Positions 47,564 through 57,844 are shown, counted from the stretch's first letter. The stretch: DNA of 64,000 nt from a virus (IMGVR_UViG_3300032330_001252:18432-82431); one strand, 5' to 3'. Program-made: numbers and translations. Notes: generated by a model not told the origin, from the letters alone.

Positions 47564-49772
47564 TGTCCTGATCTACACCAATAGGTGTGTTAGGAATTTC
47601 ACAGCCCCATTGATGTTGCGTGTTACGCTTTAGAATTTCGCAATATTCTTCAACTTGTTCTTCTTTTACTAGTGCCACAACTGAGTCATGTACTAGCATA
47701 AAGATATTAGCATCTAAACCTTTAGCTTTAACTTCTTTAGCAGTGCCCATAGCACCAAGCAAATTGACATCACTAGCAAGAGACTGTACTTCAGCGTTAA
47801 TACCGCTGCGTACTTCATGAGCAGCAATACCTTTGTCACTAGAAAAAACATTAGGTAGCCTACGCTTCCTACCAAAAAAGCTATAAGTATAGCCATTTGC
47901 TTCAATAAATGTTTTGCGGTCATCTAACCATTTCTTCAATTTGTTGAATTTACTAAAGTAAGCCTTAATATCTTCACGAGCTTGTTCAACTGGATATGGT
48001 TGACCAGTTGCTTTACTAACAGTTTGAGATACTTTGTTAGCACCTGAACCGTACAAGATACCAAAACTGATAGCTTTAGCAGATTGACGCATACTACCAT
48101 ATAGTTTTTTAACATCCTCAACAGGACATGGTAAAGAAAATACCATTTTAGCAATCGTTGAGTGAAAATCACCACCACTGCTAAAAACTTGTTGGAGATT
48201 CTTGTCGCCCGATAACACAGCTGCATAATACATTTCAGCTGTGGTTAAATCCTGAGAAACTATTTTGTATCCAGGTGGAGCAACCAAACATCCTTTGATA
48301 ATGGGGTTATCACGGGGAATCTGCTGAGCATTAAACTTGCCTGAACTAGATAAACGCCCAGATGTGGTAAAGATAAGATTAAAGTTTGTACGAATTCTGC
48401 CATCTTTGTCTAACTCAGGTAAAATCTTTGAAATATAAGTATTTTGAATCTTGCCTAGCTGTCGTACTTTTAAAATAGCAGCAGGTAGTGGATGTTCTTC
48501 TGATAATTGCTCTAAGACTTCTGCGTCGGTTGAGATTGCTCCTGTGGCTGTCTTTTTTCCAGTAGGTTGTAGACCAAGATAATCGAACAAGACGACACGC
48601 AGCTGCATAACACTATTAGGATTAAAAATCTTACCAGTGTCTTGCTCAAACTGTTTGACTGCTTCAAATCCATAGACTACTTCCTTAGCCTCAGCAATTT
48701 GTTCATCTAGGTATTTATTAGCAGCAGCCATACGCTCACGACTAATAGGAATACCTACTTCTTCCATGTCCATTAAGAATAGTGTGCCTGGAATCAGGAT
48801 TTCTTCATATACCTTACGCAGTTTATCATTCTTTTGAACGATAGGCCAGAATTTGTTGAAAAGATCAAAGGTAACGGCGGTATCAATCGAAGCGTAACGA
48901 CTAATAACATCGAACGGAATAAGATCATAAGTAAAATCATCCTGAAGAATACCATTGCTTGCACAGTACTCTTTCTTAAATTCGTCTAGTTCTGCGTCAT
49001 AGTCACCATAATCGGTGTACTTTAGAGCCAACTGTTTTAGACCATGACTATCAGTTTCATCTAGCACATAATGCATAACCATTGTATCATGTACTCGTGT
49101 ACGATCAAAGTCAATATCAAGATGGTATTTAATCATCTTGAAGTCAAACTTCATATTGTGGAACACAGTAGAGAAGTTTTTAGCAATTTTGCGTAACAGC
49201 TCAATACACTCCTCATCAAGGCAATCAGTCATAATGTACCTGCCTTGATGGGTTTTGTAAGTTAAGGAAACACCTAACACATACCCGTCACGAGGGTACA
49301 GTGCTGTTGTTTCTGTGTCCCATGCAACATAGCCTTGAGCATTATCAAGAATTTCTTGTAAGTATGCTTTAGCTTCAGCAGTATCACTAATACCTTTGTA
49401 GTCACCAGCCGTCATAGGTTTTAGTTCACCAGCAATATATTTGTGAATTTTATCACAAGCACGCTGAAAATCTGGCTTACCCTCTGGCTTGAACGCAAGC
49501 ATAGCTGGGTTACTAATAGCAATATATTTATCCGCTACTAATTGACCTGCCATATTAGTTACCGAAGTAATCTTGCCGTATTCTTTGGCGGCTTCTGCAC
49601 CCACAAGAATAACTAGATCATAAGGATCAAGGTCAACTTCTAGGTCGACGTCTTTCTTCAAGAGTTTAGTAATAGGAACTGAACTCATGTGGTAATGATC
49701 GTACTCAAACTGAAAATAATCAGAATAACGAGTACGATTTGGAGCTTTGTCAATTAACGCAATTTTTTTCAT
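47490..49772 (-). CDS. pol: DNA polymerase, family A, with 3'-5' exonuclease
   Basis: DTETT; HNMKFD; TSGRLSS; QDLTTAE; RQSAKAISFGILYG; LVHDS; T5-like N-terminus. Confidence 0.95.
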   Translation of the reverse strand: MKKIALIDKAPNRTRYSDYFQFEYDHYHMSSVPITKLLKKDVDLEVDLDPYDLVILVGAEAAKEYGKITSVTNMAGQLVADKYIAISNPAMLAFKPEGKPDFQRACDKIHKYIAGELKPMTAGDYKGISDTAEAKAYLQEILDNAQGYVAWDTETTALYPRDGYVLGVSLTYKTHQGRYIMTDCLDEECIELLRKIAKNFSTVFHNMKFDFKMIKYHLDIDFDRTRVHDTMVMHYVLDETDSHGLKQLALKYTDYGDYDAELDEFKKEYCASNGILQDDFTYDLIPFDVISRYASIDTAVTFDLFNKFWPIVQKNDKLRKVYEEILIPGTLFLMDMEEVGIPISRERMAAANKYLDEQIAEAKEVVYGFEAVKQFEQDTGKIFNPNSVMQLRVVLFDYLGLQPTGKKTATGAISTDAEVLEQLSEEHPLPAAILKVRQLGKIQNTYISKILPELDKDGRIRTNFNLIFTTSGRLSSSGKFNAQQIPRDNPIIKGCLVAPPGYKIVSQDLTTAEMYYAAVLSGDKNLQQVFSSGGDFHSTIAKMVFSLPCPVEDVKKLYGSMRQSAKAISFGILYGSGANKVSQTVSKATGQPYPVEQAREDIKAYFSKFNKLKKWLDDRKTFIEANGYTYSFFGRKRRLPNVFSSDKGIAAHEVRSGINAEVQSLASDVNLLGAMGTAKEVKAKGLDANIFMLVHDSVVALVKEEQVEEYCEILKRNTQHQWGCEIPNTPIGVDQDIGDDYSFGHFDEVYGVTGDNMARL

Positions 49773-49792
49773 AAAACTCTTTCTAATACTTT

Positions 49793-49821
49793 ATTATAGC
49801 GTATTTGGGCTAGTAATTCAA
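49793..49821 (-). promoter_or_regulatory. sigma70-type phage promoter
   Basis: TTGAAT-N17-TATAAT. Confidence 0.75.
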
Positions 49822-49823
49822 GT

Positions 49824-50678
49824 CTATTTTGTAATATACTCACTAGTGGCTTGCACATCAAACTGGTCTAATTCACCAGGATCTACACCATCTGGTAAGT
49901 CAATAATCTCTACTATAAATCCACACTCTTCAATTAATGGTTTTAGTATCTTAGCTGCTTTTTGACCAGCTTCGTCACCATCAAACATTATATACACATG
50001 AGTTATGCCTTGTGCTTTAAATGGTAATAATTTGGATTTTGTATTATTTTGTAGTGTGTTAGTACCAAAACAACACACTACATTTTCTAAACCTTTGTCA
50101 TAAAGATTTAGCATATCAAACATACCTTCTACTAGCACCATTGAACTATAACCGCTAGGAAGGTGGCTTGGAAACACAGGAATTTGCACTCCGCTAGGAT
50201 AGTTGATATATCTGGGATTCCCATTAGAAAGTGTGTGCCTACCAACGTACACTACCGTTTTTCCAGTAATATCTTTGATGGGAAAAATGATGCGATCTGC
50301 AAGCTTTTCTACTGTGTTTGTATAGAACGCCCCAAAATATTTCAATGTTTTAGGACTAATACCTCTGAACTGTTTTGTAAATGGAGTATACCCTGCTGGT
50401 AGTTCCAAATCCATTCCAAAGTTTTTTAGTTCACTTAATTTTTCTTTGAGTGCTACAATTTTCATTGGCACAGGATTTGTGAAAACCCCGTAATACTTGA
50501 AAATGTTTGTTTTAAAACCGCAACTAAAACAATGAGCGACTCCAGTGATTTTATCAACTCGGAAACTAGGGTTAGAATCTTCGTGTTCTGGGTTAAGACA
50601 TTTAATCAAATAGTCTCGCCCCGACACAGTAAATGCCAAGTTGTTTTTATTTATAATGTCTAATACTGGGTCGCTCAT
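49824..50678 (-). CDS. DNA primase
   Basis: CLNPEH...CFSC zinc finger; TOPRIM VEGMFD and FDGD. Confidence 0.92.
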   Translation of the reverse strand: MSDPVLDIINKNNLAFTVSGRDYLIKCLNPEHEDSNPSFRVDKITGVAHCFSCGFKTNIFKYYGVFTNPVPMKIVALKEKLSELKNFGMDLELPAGYTPFTKQFRGISPKTLKYFGAFYTNTVEKLADRIIFPIKDITGKTVVYVGRHTLSNGNPRYINYPSGVQIPVFPSHLPSGYSSMVLVEGMFDMLNLYDKGLENVVCCFGTNTLQNNTKSKLLPFKAQGITHVYIMFDGDEAGQKAAKILKPLIEECGFIVEIIDLPDGVDPGELDQFDVQATSEYITK

Positions 50679-50679
50679 A

Positions 50680-52071
50680 TCAATTCCAAGGTAAGTCTGC
50701 GGATGTGTCGTCTTGTTTTACTTTATCTAATTTTTCTTGTGCTTTGCCAGCCTTTTTAATTGATTCTTTAGCTGCTGGCTTATCAATAGATTGTGCGCTG
50801 ATGCGTAAGGTATCCCAATCAATGGGGCTTGTAAAAGCCATTTCTTTTCCACCACGTATTTTGGTTGTTTCAAAGCTGATTGCATTTGTCTCTTTGTCAT
50901 GGGCTTCCATAGTAAGAGCAATGTCGGCTGCATCAAGAATACCCTTCGCAAAGCGGGCTTCACCGTCTTTATCAATCTGATACGGCGAAACCATAACGAT
51001 TTCATACTTACGGGCAAGGTTCTTAAGTTTCTTGGACACTTCAATCTGTGGCTTCCAATCATACTGATCGTTTCCTTCTAAGACAATTTGGTTAAGGTAG
51101 TCAACTACTACTAATTTTAGTTTATCACCAAATTTAGCTTTGGCTTTGCCAATGTGCAAGTCGATGCTACTTAGGGTCAAATCGCGATCATCAACAATAA
51201 TCATTTGATTATCAGCTTTTAGACTACAACTACGAACAAGCATTTCTTCAAATTTAAATCGATCACGGTGTCGCATAAACTCACTTACTAAGTCTGAACT
51301 GTTCTCAAACATTTCAGCACGAGCTTTTACTACTCGTAGTAATTCCTCGTTGGTAAGTTTATGTTGTTTTAAGTTCTGTAAATTAACATTAGCTAAAATA
51401 GACAAGTTACGTTCCATTGTCTCTTTAGCGGTCATCTCAATAGAGAAGTAAATACTAGAATTACCAGACTCGTATTGATTAACGAAAAGATTGCTACTAG
51501 CAATAGATTTACCAGATCCCCGTTTACCCCCAATGAGAATGAGTTCCTGGCGAGCAACACCGCCAAGAACACTATCAAAACTATTGTTGAGGCCAAGATA
51601 AACACGTTCTTTTTCCAAATCTTCGGGATGGCTGAACATCATCATATCAGCCATTGTAAATACTTTTTCTGATGTGTGCGTTTTTTCTTCGATTGTTAGC
51701 GCAATTGTGGCTAAGTTTTCTTTTATTTCATTTGTGTCGTAGAGGGGTAATTTGTCTACGAACTTATCTAATAATTTTACCGTTTCGTTTTGAGTATATT
51801 GGTCGATCAGTGCGTCCAATGCTACTTCGGCAGAAACGTCTGGCACCTCGGTTAACCTGAGAGTTGCCAGTGTTTTAGACGCCGGACCCTCCCTTAAGGT
51901 TAGTTCAAGATCGTCAAATGACGGTATAGCGCTGTACTTTTCATAGTACTTATTAACGACGCTATACAAGGAAGAGTACGCAGGGTCTAAAAATACCAAC
52001 TTAAGTTTTGCCCAGATATCTAGGTTACGCTCAGCTAGCAATTTGTTTAAGACTACTGCACTAGTATCCAA
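50680..52071 (-). CDS. Replicative DnaB-like helicase (T5 D6-like)
   Basis: GGKRGSGKS; FSIEM; VVVDYLN; SPYQ. Confidence 0.92.
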   Translation of the reverse strand: MDTSAVVLNKLLAERNLDIWAKLKLVFLDPAYSSLYSVVNKYYEKYSAIPSFDDLELTLREGPASKTLATLRLTEVPDVSAEVALDALIDQYTQNETVKLLDKFVDKLPLYDTNEIKENLATIALTIEEKTHTSEKVFTMADMMMFSHPEDLEKERVYLGLNNSFDSVLGGVARQELILIGGKRGSGKSIASSNLFVNQYESGNSSIYFSIEMTAKETMERNLSILANVNLQNLKQHKLTNEELLRVVKARAEMFENSSDLVSEFMRHRDRFKFEEMLVRSCSLKADNQMIIVDDRDLTLSSIDLHIGKAKAKFGDKLKLVVVDYLNQIVLEGNDQYDWKPQIEVSKKLKNLARKYEIVMVSPYQIDKDGEARFAKGILDAADIALTMEAHDKETNAISFETTKIRGGKEMAFTSPIDWDTLRISAQSIDKPAAKESIKKAGKAQEKLDKVKQDDTSADLPWN

Positions 52072-52073
52072 GA

Positions 52074-52373
52074 TTACCCTACTTTCGCTTCATTGTCAAT
52101 AATTACTTGGTCAATAATTTCTGTGACTTTATATAAAATCTGCTCTCGCAGTTTCTTAATGTCTTGCTGATATGTAGCATCCGTATCATAGAGCAGGCTA
52201 AGTTGCTCATGGGTAATAAGTTGCTGCAAACCAAAATAAATCTGGTCGTAAGCCATACTAGATTCTGGCGTTACTTCTACATTAGCCGCTTTGCCATAAT
52301 TATGAATGGCTTGTTTTACGACTTCTTCCATTGTAAAGGAGTCGTTATCGTGATATGTAATTGTTACTTTCAT
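52074..52373 (-). CDS. Hypothetical protein
   Basis: AGGAGG RBS; packed against the helicase gene. Confidence 0.65.
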   Translation of the reverse strand: MKVTITYHDNDSFTMEEVVKQAIHNYGKAANVEVTPESSMAYDQIYFGLQQLITHEQLSLLYDTDATYQQDIKKLREQILYKVTEIIDQVIIDNEAKVG

Positions 52374-52392
52374 ATTCTCGACCTCCTAAAGT

Positions 52393-52427
52393 AAAAAAGC
52401 TCGGGAGCTTTTAGGGACTCCCGAGCT
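52393..52427 (-). terminator. Terminator after D5
   Basis: agctcgggag...ctcccgagct stem with an A6 run on the plus strand. Confidence 0.8.
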
Positions 52428-52446
52428 GATTGGCAATAATTGCTAA

Positions 52447-53196
52447 TTAAGCAGCTGCTTTAGCTTCTGCTTTAGCTTTCTTAGCTGCACCATCATAGTC
52501 AGCAACTTTGATACCACGACGAGTAAGCAAAGTACGCAGACCACGCTCTGTTTTGTCAACAGCGGCTGCAATTTCAGCAACAGTCATAGTGCCGATTTTG
52601 TCGCCCAAAGCGGTTACAGGGTCGATAGACTCTTTAGCATGAGATTCGCGTTGTGCTGGAATCTTGCTGATTTGACCTTTGCGAGTCAAGCTCAAAGCCT
52701 TACCACGAACGCTAGCAACAGTCTTGTTCAATGCAGTTGCAATGTCTTCAATGAAGCTACCAGTTTCAGCCATTTTGATAAACTTGGCTTCTTCTGCGTC
52801 AGAGTAAGTACGAGCGATCTCAACTTTTTCAGCAGGCTTTACAGAACCAGTCAACTCTAGGGCAAGCAATTTGCCTTGGATTTGCTTAGCAGTAAACTTG
52901 CCGCCAGCAAAGTGCTCAGCGATTTGTTTGTAAGTTAGGTTACCTGCGTTAGCGTTAACGAAATCGGCGAGATCAGCGCCTTCGTCAGCGGTAAAAGCAG
53001 ATGTTTTTTCTTTTGCAAGACTAGCGACTTCACGGTCTAATTGACGCAATTTAGAAGCAACGCTACGAGTGGTGAAACCAAGAGTTTCAGCAGCACGCTC
53101 AACGGCTTCAACGCTAACAGGGCTTGCATTGCCAACGATATTCATTAGTTGGTCAACAGCTTCGTCAGACCATTTCTTAGTGGCTTTTTCAGTCAT
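52447..53196 (-). CDS. DNA-binding protein (T5 D5-like)
   Basis: Repeated HTH-like units (SVASKLR; QIQGKLL; SVRGKAL; RGLRTLL); synteny. Confidence 0.85.
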   Translation of the reverse strand: MTEKATKKWSDEAVDQLMNIVGNASPVSVEAVERAAETLGFTTRSVASKLRQLDREVASLAKEKTSAFTADEGADLADFVNANAGNLTYKQIAEHFAGGKFTAKQIQGKLLALELTGSVKPAEKVEIARTYSDAEEAKFIKMAETGSFIEDIATALNKTVASVRGKALSLTRKGQISKIPAQRESHAKESIDPVTALGDKIGTMTVAEIAAAVDKTERGLRTLLTRRGIKVADYDGAAKKAKAEAKAAA

Positions 53197-53950
53197 TTTT
53201 ATTTTCTTTCAAGAAAGTATTTAAGTTTGTGATTATGGTTATTCCGAGAGACTCGGCTTTTTTGCGTTTTGAACTACCCTTATCTTCTTCATCAACTAAA
53301 TAATCTGTGGTTTTAGTCACAGACTCTACTGGTTTGTAGCCTGACTCTTCTAATGCTTTGTAGGCTTCTGCTTTAGTTTTATAAGACGATAATTTTCCTG
53401 TAATGCAAATGGTTTTTAAGTCTCCACTCACAACGGAATTTTTATTTGTTTGAAATGAGAAAGGCAAAAACTCTCGCATTTCCAAGAAATCAGTTTCTAG
53501 CCAAGACAATAGGTTTTGGGTTACCTTATCGCCTAAACCTGCTTGTTTACAGGTTTCCTGATTAATTTCGTCTATCGAATTAACAACAAGACAAATTTTA
53601 GTCGAGGCAGTATTACCTACAAGAGGAATAGAGAATGAAGCTAGAATAGTAGCCAGGTCTGCTGACTTGGCTTTTTCAATCTCTGTTAATAGCTTTTCAG
53701 CTACTTTGGCACTGCCAACGGCATCCGTTACTTGATCTTGGTCAAGATAAAACAATTCTGTAATATCAGCCAAGCCAAGTTTTTCTACTGTACGAGCACC
53801 CATACCCTTAATGCCAAGAGTCTTACAAAAATGTTCAACTTTCTTACTAAGCTGAGCACCACAAGCCGTGTTTCTACAAAAGAGCTGATCGTTGACCAGT
53901 TCAAGAGTATAATTACAGCAAGGACATTCAGTTGGTATTTGGATTCTCAT
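53189..53950 (-). CDS. NAD-dependent DNA ligase, subunit B (Zn finger/HhH/BRCT)
   Basis: CPCC...C...C; IKGMG HhH; ICITGKL BRCT. Confidence 0.9.
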   Translation of the reverse strand: MRIQIPTECPCCNYTLELVNDQLFCRNTACGAQLSKKVEHFCKTLGIKGMGARTVEKLGLADITELFYLDQDQVTDAVGSAKVAEKLLTEIEKAKSADLATILASFSIPLVGNTASTKICLVVNSIDEINQETCKQAGLGDKVTQNLLSWLETDFLEMREFLPFSFQTNKNSVVSGDLKTICITGKLSSYKTKAEAYKALEESGYKPVESVTKTTDYLVDEEDKGSSKRKKAESLGITIITNLNTFLKENKND

Positions 53951-53975
53951 GGTTTATGTATCAATTTATAAGTAT

Positions 53976-54004
53976 ATTATACTTGATTAAGCAGGTTATT
54001 GCAA
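53976..54004 (-). promoter_or_regulatory. sigma70-type phage promoter between the ligase halves
   Basis: TTGCAA-N17-TATAAT(ATAC). Confidence 0.8.
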
Positions 54005-54036
54005 GTCTAAATTTCTAATGCCCTTGGCATAAAATT

Positions 54037-54990
54037 TTACGCGTCAACCTTGTGTAAAATACAGGGTATAATTTCTCCGCTACGAATTACCGCTACGGTG
54101 TCTCCGATTTGTAAATCCAGCATTTCAATAAAACCAGGATTATTAAGAGTAGCACGACTGACGAGGGCATCACCAATATAAACAGGCTCAAGAATAGCAA
54201 CTGGAGTGACTTTGCCACTTTTGCCAACTTGCCATTCAACATCAAGAAGTTTTGTTTCAACGTGTTGAGCACGCTCTTTTCTAGCATAAGCACCTCTGGG
54301 ATGTTTGGCTGTGTAGCCTAGTTCATAAAAAGTTTTGTTATCGTTAATACGGAATACTACGCCGTCACAAGGATATATCTTGTCTAAGTCTGGCTCGTTA
54401 ATAACACTAAAACCAAAACTGCGGAGTTGGTCTAAGTCTTCAGTAAATTTAGAACTGAGACTGGGTTGCACACCATATGCAAAGAAACCAATAGCACGAG
54501 TCTTAAACTCGTCAACTGATTTCAAGTTTAGTGCACCTGCGGCATAGTTGCGAGCATTTTCAATATTGATTGGAGCTACAACTTCGCCAGTTACTTGTAC
54601 TACACCCATTACTGGAATAGTATGAGGCACTAGCTTAGTAGCCAGCAACTTATCAGTGATAAGTTGACCTTCTACACCATCACCACGCGTAAGACCTCGG
54701 ACAAGATTACCATCAACATACAGTAAGCTAACAGCTGCCCCGTCCAACTTAATACTAACAGCAACATCTCTGTAGCCTTCCAAAGGACGCTTCTGATCTT
54801 CATCTTCATAATACTTTTGCAAACTATACATTTGATAAACGTGCTTTTCCACATTGCCATGTTGCTTAGCGCCCACGGCATTGTAACCAATTGACTCAGA
54901 CAACTGGTCAAACTGAGCATCACTGATAATTGGATTACCAGCATAGTATGCTCGCGAAGCTACATTTAAATATTGTTCTAGTTTATTCAT
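54037..54990 (-). CDS. ligA: NAD-dependent DNA ligase, subunit A (adenylation + OB)
   Basis: KLDG; TRGDG; GEV; DGVV; RSGEIIP. Confidence 0.92.
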   Translation of the reverse strand: MNKLEQYLNVASRAYYAGNPIISDAQFDQLSESIGYNAVGAKQHGNVEKHVYQMYSLQKYYEDEDQKRPLEGYRDVAVSIKLDGAAVSLLYVDGNLVRGLTRGDGVEGQLITDKLLATKLVPHTIPVMGVVQVTGEVVAPINIENARNYAAGALNLKSVDEFKTRAIGFFAYGVQPSLSSKFTEDLDQLRSFGFSVINEPDLDKIYPCDGVVFRINDNKTFYELGYTAKHPRGAYARKERAQHVETKLLDVEWQVGKSGKVTPVAILEPVYIGDALVSRATLNNPGFIEMLDLQIGDTVAVIRSGEIIPCILHKVDA

Positions 54991-55621
54991 TAATCAAGTC
55001 TTTCAAGAAGTTGCTCATAAGCTGTGCGTGTCGTGGGTGATAGTAGTCAGGAACACTGCCTTCATCATACCACCACTCTAGGGCTTCTGGGTGACAGCCA
55101 ATCATTCCAACATTGCCTTGAATAACCGCCATTGCGTCACCATTAGCATATGTAGCATACACATCCATGTTATCACCAAGGATAGCACAGCCGTCATAGA
55201 AATACATGGCGTGGTCTTCGTCTAGCCAAGTAATATCAGCATAAGTTGGGCCGTCATAGTCAATATCAGCAGTAGGACGCTCAATGTACTGGTCAATAGT
55301 CAAGTCTACAGTAATGTCAAAGTAGTCAGGGCCTGCCCAATATGCTCCCATACAAATACCAAAGTACTTGCCGTTATAAACACCAATAAATGTGTGAATA
55401 GCATCAATGTGATCTTCTGTAAAAATATCATAGAAGTCATCAGCATCGCCCATACCTCCAGGAAAGCATACTGCATCTACTGTCTTTAAAAAGTCAATAT
55501 TAAGTTGGTTAATACCAAAAGTACGAATGTCAAAGTCACGAACCAATCCGTCAATCATGCCCAAGGCACATTCGGTTTCACATTGTGGATCGTGAATAAA
55601 AATTGCGATTGTTGGTTTCAT
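54983..55621 (-). CDS. Class I glutamine-amidotransferase-like protein (BPL_N type)
   Basis: FPGG; GICMGAY nucleophile elbow; CHPE. Confidence 0.75.
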   Translation of the reverse strand: MKPTIAIFIHDPQCETECALGMIDGLVRDFDIRTFGINQLNIDFLKTVDAVCFPGGMGDADDFYDIFTEDHIDAIHTFIGVYNGKYFGICMGAYWAGPDYFDITVDLTIDQYIERPTADIDYDGPTYADITWLDEDHAMYFYDGCAILGDNMDVYATYANGDAMAVIQGNVGMIGCHPEALEWWYDEGSVPDYYHPRHAQLMSNFLKDLINE

Positions 55622-55646
55622 GGTTTACTCTGTGTTTTAAAGAATA

Positions 55647-55675
55647 ATTATACCAGTTTAGGGTCGGGATTACAA
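55647..55675 (-). promoter_or_regulatory. sigma70-type phage promoter
   Basis: TTGTAA-N17-TATAAT. Confidence 0.7.
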
Positions 55676-55947
55676 GTCAATTTTTCAGCATAGTGGCGAA
55701 TAATGTCCTCGCCTTCTGCCTTAGAACAGATTTCGAACAGTCCATCTAAGATGGCATAAATATTATCAGTACTAGCAGGAATTGATACGCCTTCCCTACT
55801 TGGTACCCATTCACCTTCGTAACTAAGAAAGTATTTTCTTAATTGAAAGTATACTGTATCTTTAAATTCATTGATTACTAGTCGTACTTGGAAACCCTTT
55901 TCCATGTTCTCTTCAATGACTTTACTATATTGTATATTTGAATCCAT
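55648..55947 (-). CDS. PC4/p15-like ssDNA-binding protein
   Basis: INEFKDTVYFQLRKYF...PSREGVSI; a PC4 homologue is known from T5. Confidence 0.8.
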   Translation of the reverse strand: MDSNIQYSKVIEENMEKGFQVRLVINEFKDTVYFQLRKYFLSYEGEWVPSREGVSIPASTDNIYAILDGLFEICSKAEGEDIIRHYAEKLTCNPDPKLV

Positions 55948-56004
55948 GTGGTTTCCCGTAAAACTTTTAACTTTCAGAATTTTGCAGCTTTGGCGCCTGT
56001 GTTT

Positions 56005-56628
56005 TTATATGCGTACTCCAAGCTCTCGAAGGTGTTCTAACGAGGCTAGCTCTGCGGCTTCTTGATAAGCAGATTGCAACCATTTTTCATGCAACAACCA
56101 GATACCATACACATATCCATGTTTTTCAGTGAGTTTCTCACTATCAATTCTAGCGGTAGAATCATAGCGAGCACTATATACTACTTCGCCAATTTTAAAT
56201 CGGTCACGCATAGCCCCTTCAGGAATTAACTGTGGACTAAAATAACTAGAACCAGGTACTCTGATGGGAACTGCGTTAGCTTCTAGGACACTTTTAATAA
56301 AAGTTGGGCTACGATAAGTAGATTTAGATATTGAATCTACAGTTTCGCCAGCCAAGTATTCACTGATAATATAAACTCGTTCATCATCAGTTACTGGTTT
56401 ACCACGCTTCTCAGCCCTACGTTCAGCATCTCTAGACTGCTTCTTTTTGAAATCTTCTATAATAGTACCCAGGCGAGTAGTATTATATGCCATGCCTAGC
56501 ATTTGGCAAGCATCTTTTTTAGTAATAGGCTTGACGCCTTCTTCAGGCTCAAGCAAACGAATAACTTTGCTAATATTAGCAGGAGTCATTAATTCTTCTT
56601 CGCTAGCTGATTTGCGTCTAGTAGCCAT
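56005..56628 (-). CDS. Conserved T5-like hypothetical DNA-binding protein
   Basis: TKKDACQMLG; YLAGE...YRS...VLE; C-terminal SH3-like segment. Confidence 0.7.
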   Translation of the reverse strand: MATRRKSASEEELMTPANISKVIRLLEPEEGVKPITKKDACQMLGMAYNTTRLGTIIEDFKKKQSRDAERRAEKRGKPVTDDERVYIISEYLAGETVDSISKSTYRSPTFIKSVLEANAVPIRVPGSSYFSPQLIPEGAMRDRFKIGEVVYSARYDSTARIDSEKLTEKHGYVYGIWLLHEKWLQSAYQEAAELASLEHLRELGVRI

Positions 56629-56629
56629 A

Positions 56630-56833
56630 TTAACCTTTCTTTACTCTTTTCTTTGCTTTTGCCCTGATATTGGGTTTCATTTTGCTTAACTCATAGCTAC
56701 GGATAGCTTCTCTAACATCAAGCATAAGTTGCTCATCATCCCAAGTTAGTTTGGTAGAGCCGTCTTCGTAAGTAGTCACTGTTAGGTGACTACCTTTTAC
56801 TACACTGATTATTTTCTTCTTTTTCAGTTTCAT
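56630..56833 (-). CDS. Small basic hypothetical protein
   Basis: 67 aa between the D3 terminator and the next gene. Confidence 0.55.
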   Translation of the reverse strand: MKLKKKKIISVVKGSHLTVTTYEDGSTKLTWDDEQLMLDVREAIRSYELSKMKPNIRAKAKKRVKKG

Positions 56834-56834
56834 A

Positions 56835-56860
56835 ATAAAAAAGGCGGCACAAGGCCGCCT
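56835..56860 (-). terminator. Terminator after D3
   Basis: aggcggc-acaag-gccgcct with an A run. Confidence 0.8.
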
Positions 56861-56863
56861 GCT

Positions 56864-57226
56864 TTACGCTTTCAATACGCCTAAGAAATAAACTGCGGCT
56901 TTGCCAGTCAATTTGCTTAAAATGTCTTCGTCAACTTCAGCACCTTTGGCTTCGATCGCGGCTTTAAGATCAGCAATGCTAGACTCTTTGCTAACACGCT
57001 TGCTACCTTCACCAGCGGGCTTAGTAGTTTTGCTAGTAGAAGCACCAGCTTCTTTCTTAACATAAACACCAGCTTGTACTAGCACCATGCGAACGCCATT
57101 AGGCGACATTTCAATTTCTTCTGCAATATCTTTGATAATTTCAGTTGAGGATTCAGGTGTTGGGCCTGCTCCTTCGTACATTTCGATAACTTTAGCTTTA
57201 AGTTCATCAGTCCAAGTCGATGCCAT
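56864..57226 (-). CDS. T5 D3-like protein
   Basis: WTDELK...IAEE...NGVRMVL..AGVY; KLTGKAA. Confidence 0.75.
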   Translation of the reverse strand: MASTWTDELKAKVIEMYEGAGPTPESSTEIIKDIAEEIEMSPNGVRMVLVQAGVYVKKEAGASTSKTTKPAGEGSKRVSKESSIADLKAAIEAKGAEVDEDILSKLTGKAAVYFLGVLKA

Positions 57227-57240
57227 ATTTTTCCTTTAAT

Positions 57241-57513
57241 TTAAACGTATTCTGTGTTGAGATCCGACATTTTATTTGGGGTAAAACGGCGGTAATTATG
57301 TTTCAAGTCATGTTTAGCCAATAGAGCCATAGTTGCCTCATGTTGTGCATTTTTCAACTCACGCATTTCATTGGCAAACAAAGCAAACTCATCTTCTGGC
57401 ATCTGGGTAACATCAATGCCTTCAACGAACTGAGTAGGACTAACCAACTCAATTACTGCTCGGTCAGAAACTGAGCCATCAGCTTTAGTGTATTTAAATT
57501 CCAAAAGTTTCAT
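57241..57513 (-). CDS. Conserved hypothetical protein
   Basis: FKYTKADGSVSDR...YRRF (WYL-like pattern). Confidence 0.6.
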   Translation of the reverse strand: MKLLEFKYTKADGSVSDRAVIELVSPTQFVEGIDVTQMPEDEFALFANEMRELKNAQHEATMALLAKHDLKHNYRRFTPNKMSDLNTEYV

Positions 57514-57543
57514 GTTATGCCTTTTCTAATTGATTAAGTATAT

Positions 57544-57572
57544 ATTATAAACTATTTGATTGATAGATTCAA
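57544..57572 (-). promoter_or_regulatory. sigma70-type phage promoter
   Basis: TTGAAT-N17-TATAAT(ATAT). Confidence 0.8.
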
Positions 57573-57583
57573 ATGAATATTTT

Positions 57584-57844
57584 TTAATCTTGTTTTAGTA
57601 TTTCTTTAGATAATCCACGCTCAAATTTTTCAGCCATATTATTGGATAGTAGTGGCATAATTAAAACTGGAGCAACAAATGCACTGATAAAAATATATAT
57701 AAGTACACTAAGGATTGGGTATCCTGTAAAACTATTTTTAATATCTTGTGCTCTAGCTTTTTGTAATAGGGGCCAGAACCAGAGGTAGCATGCAGTAATA
57801 GAAGTACTAAATGCAAACAGCAAGTAGTATTCTATTAAACCCAT
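57584..57844 (-). CDS. Two-TM membrane protein
   Basis: Two hydrophobic helices; T5-like position. Confidence 0.65.
   Translation of the reverse strand: MGLIEYYLLFAFSTSITACYLWFWPLLQKARAQDIKNSFTGYPILSVLIYIFISAFVAPVLIMPLLSNNMAEKFERGLSKEILKQD

Noticed and set aside
37427-52071. Inteins or group I introns in nrdJ, pol or the helicases
   Set aside because: ORF lengths and motif spacing are continuous; no intein termini or LAGLIDADG/HNH inserts seen.
53189-54990. Split NAD-dependent ligase as a novelty or pseudogene
   Set aside because: The two-subunit ligase is an established T5-family trait.
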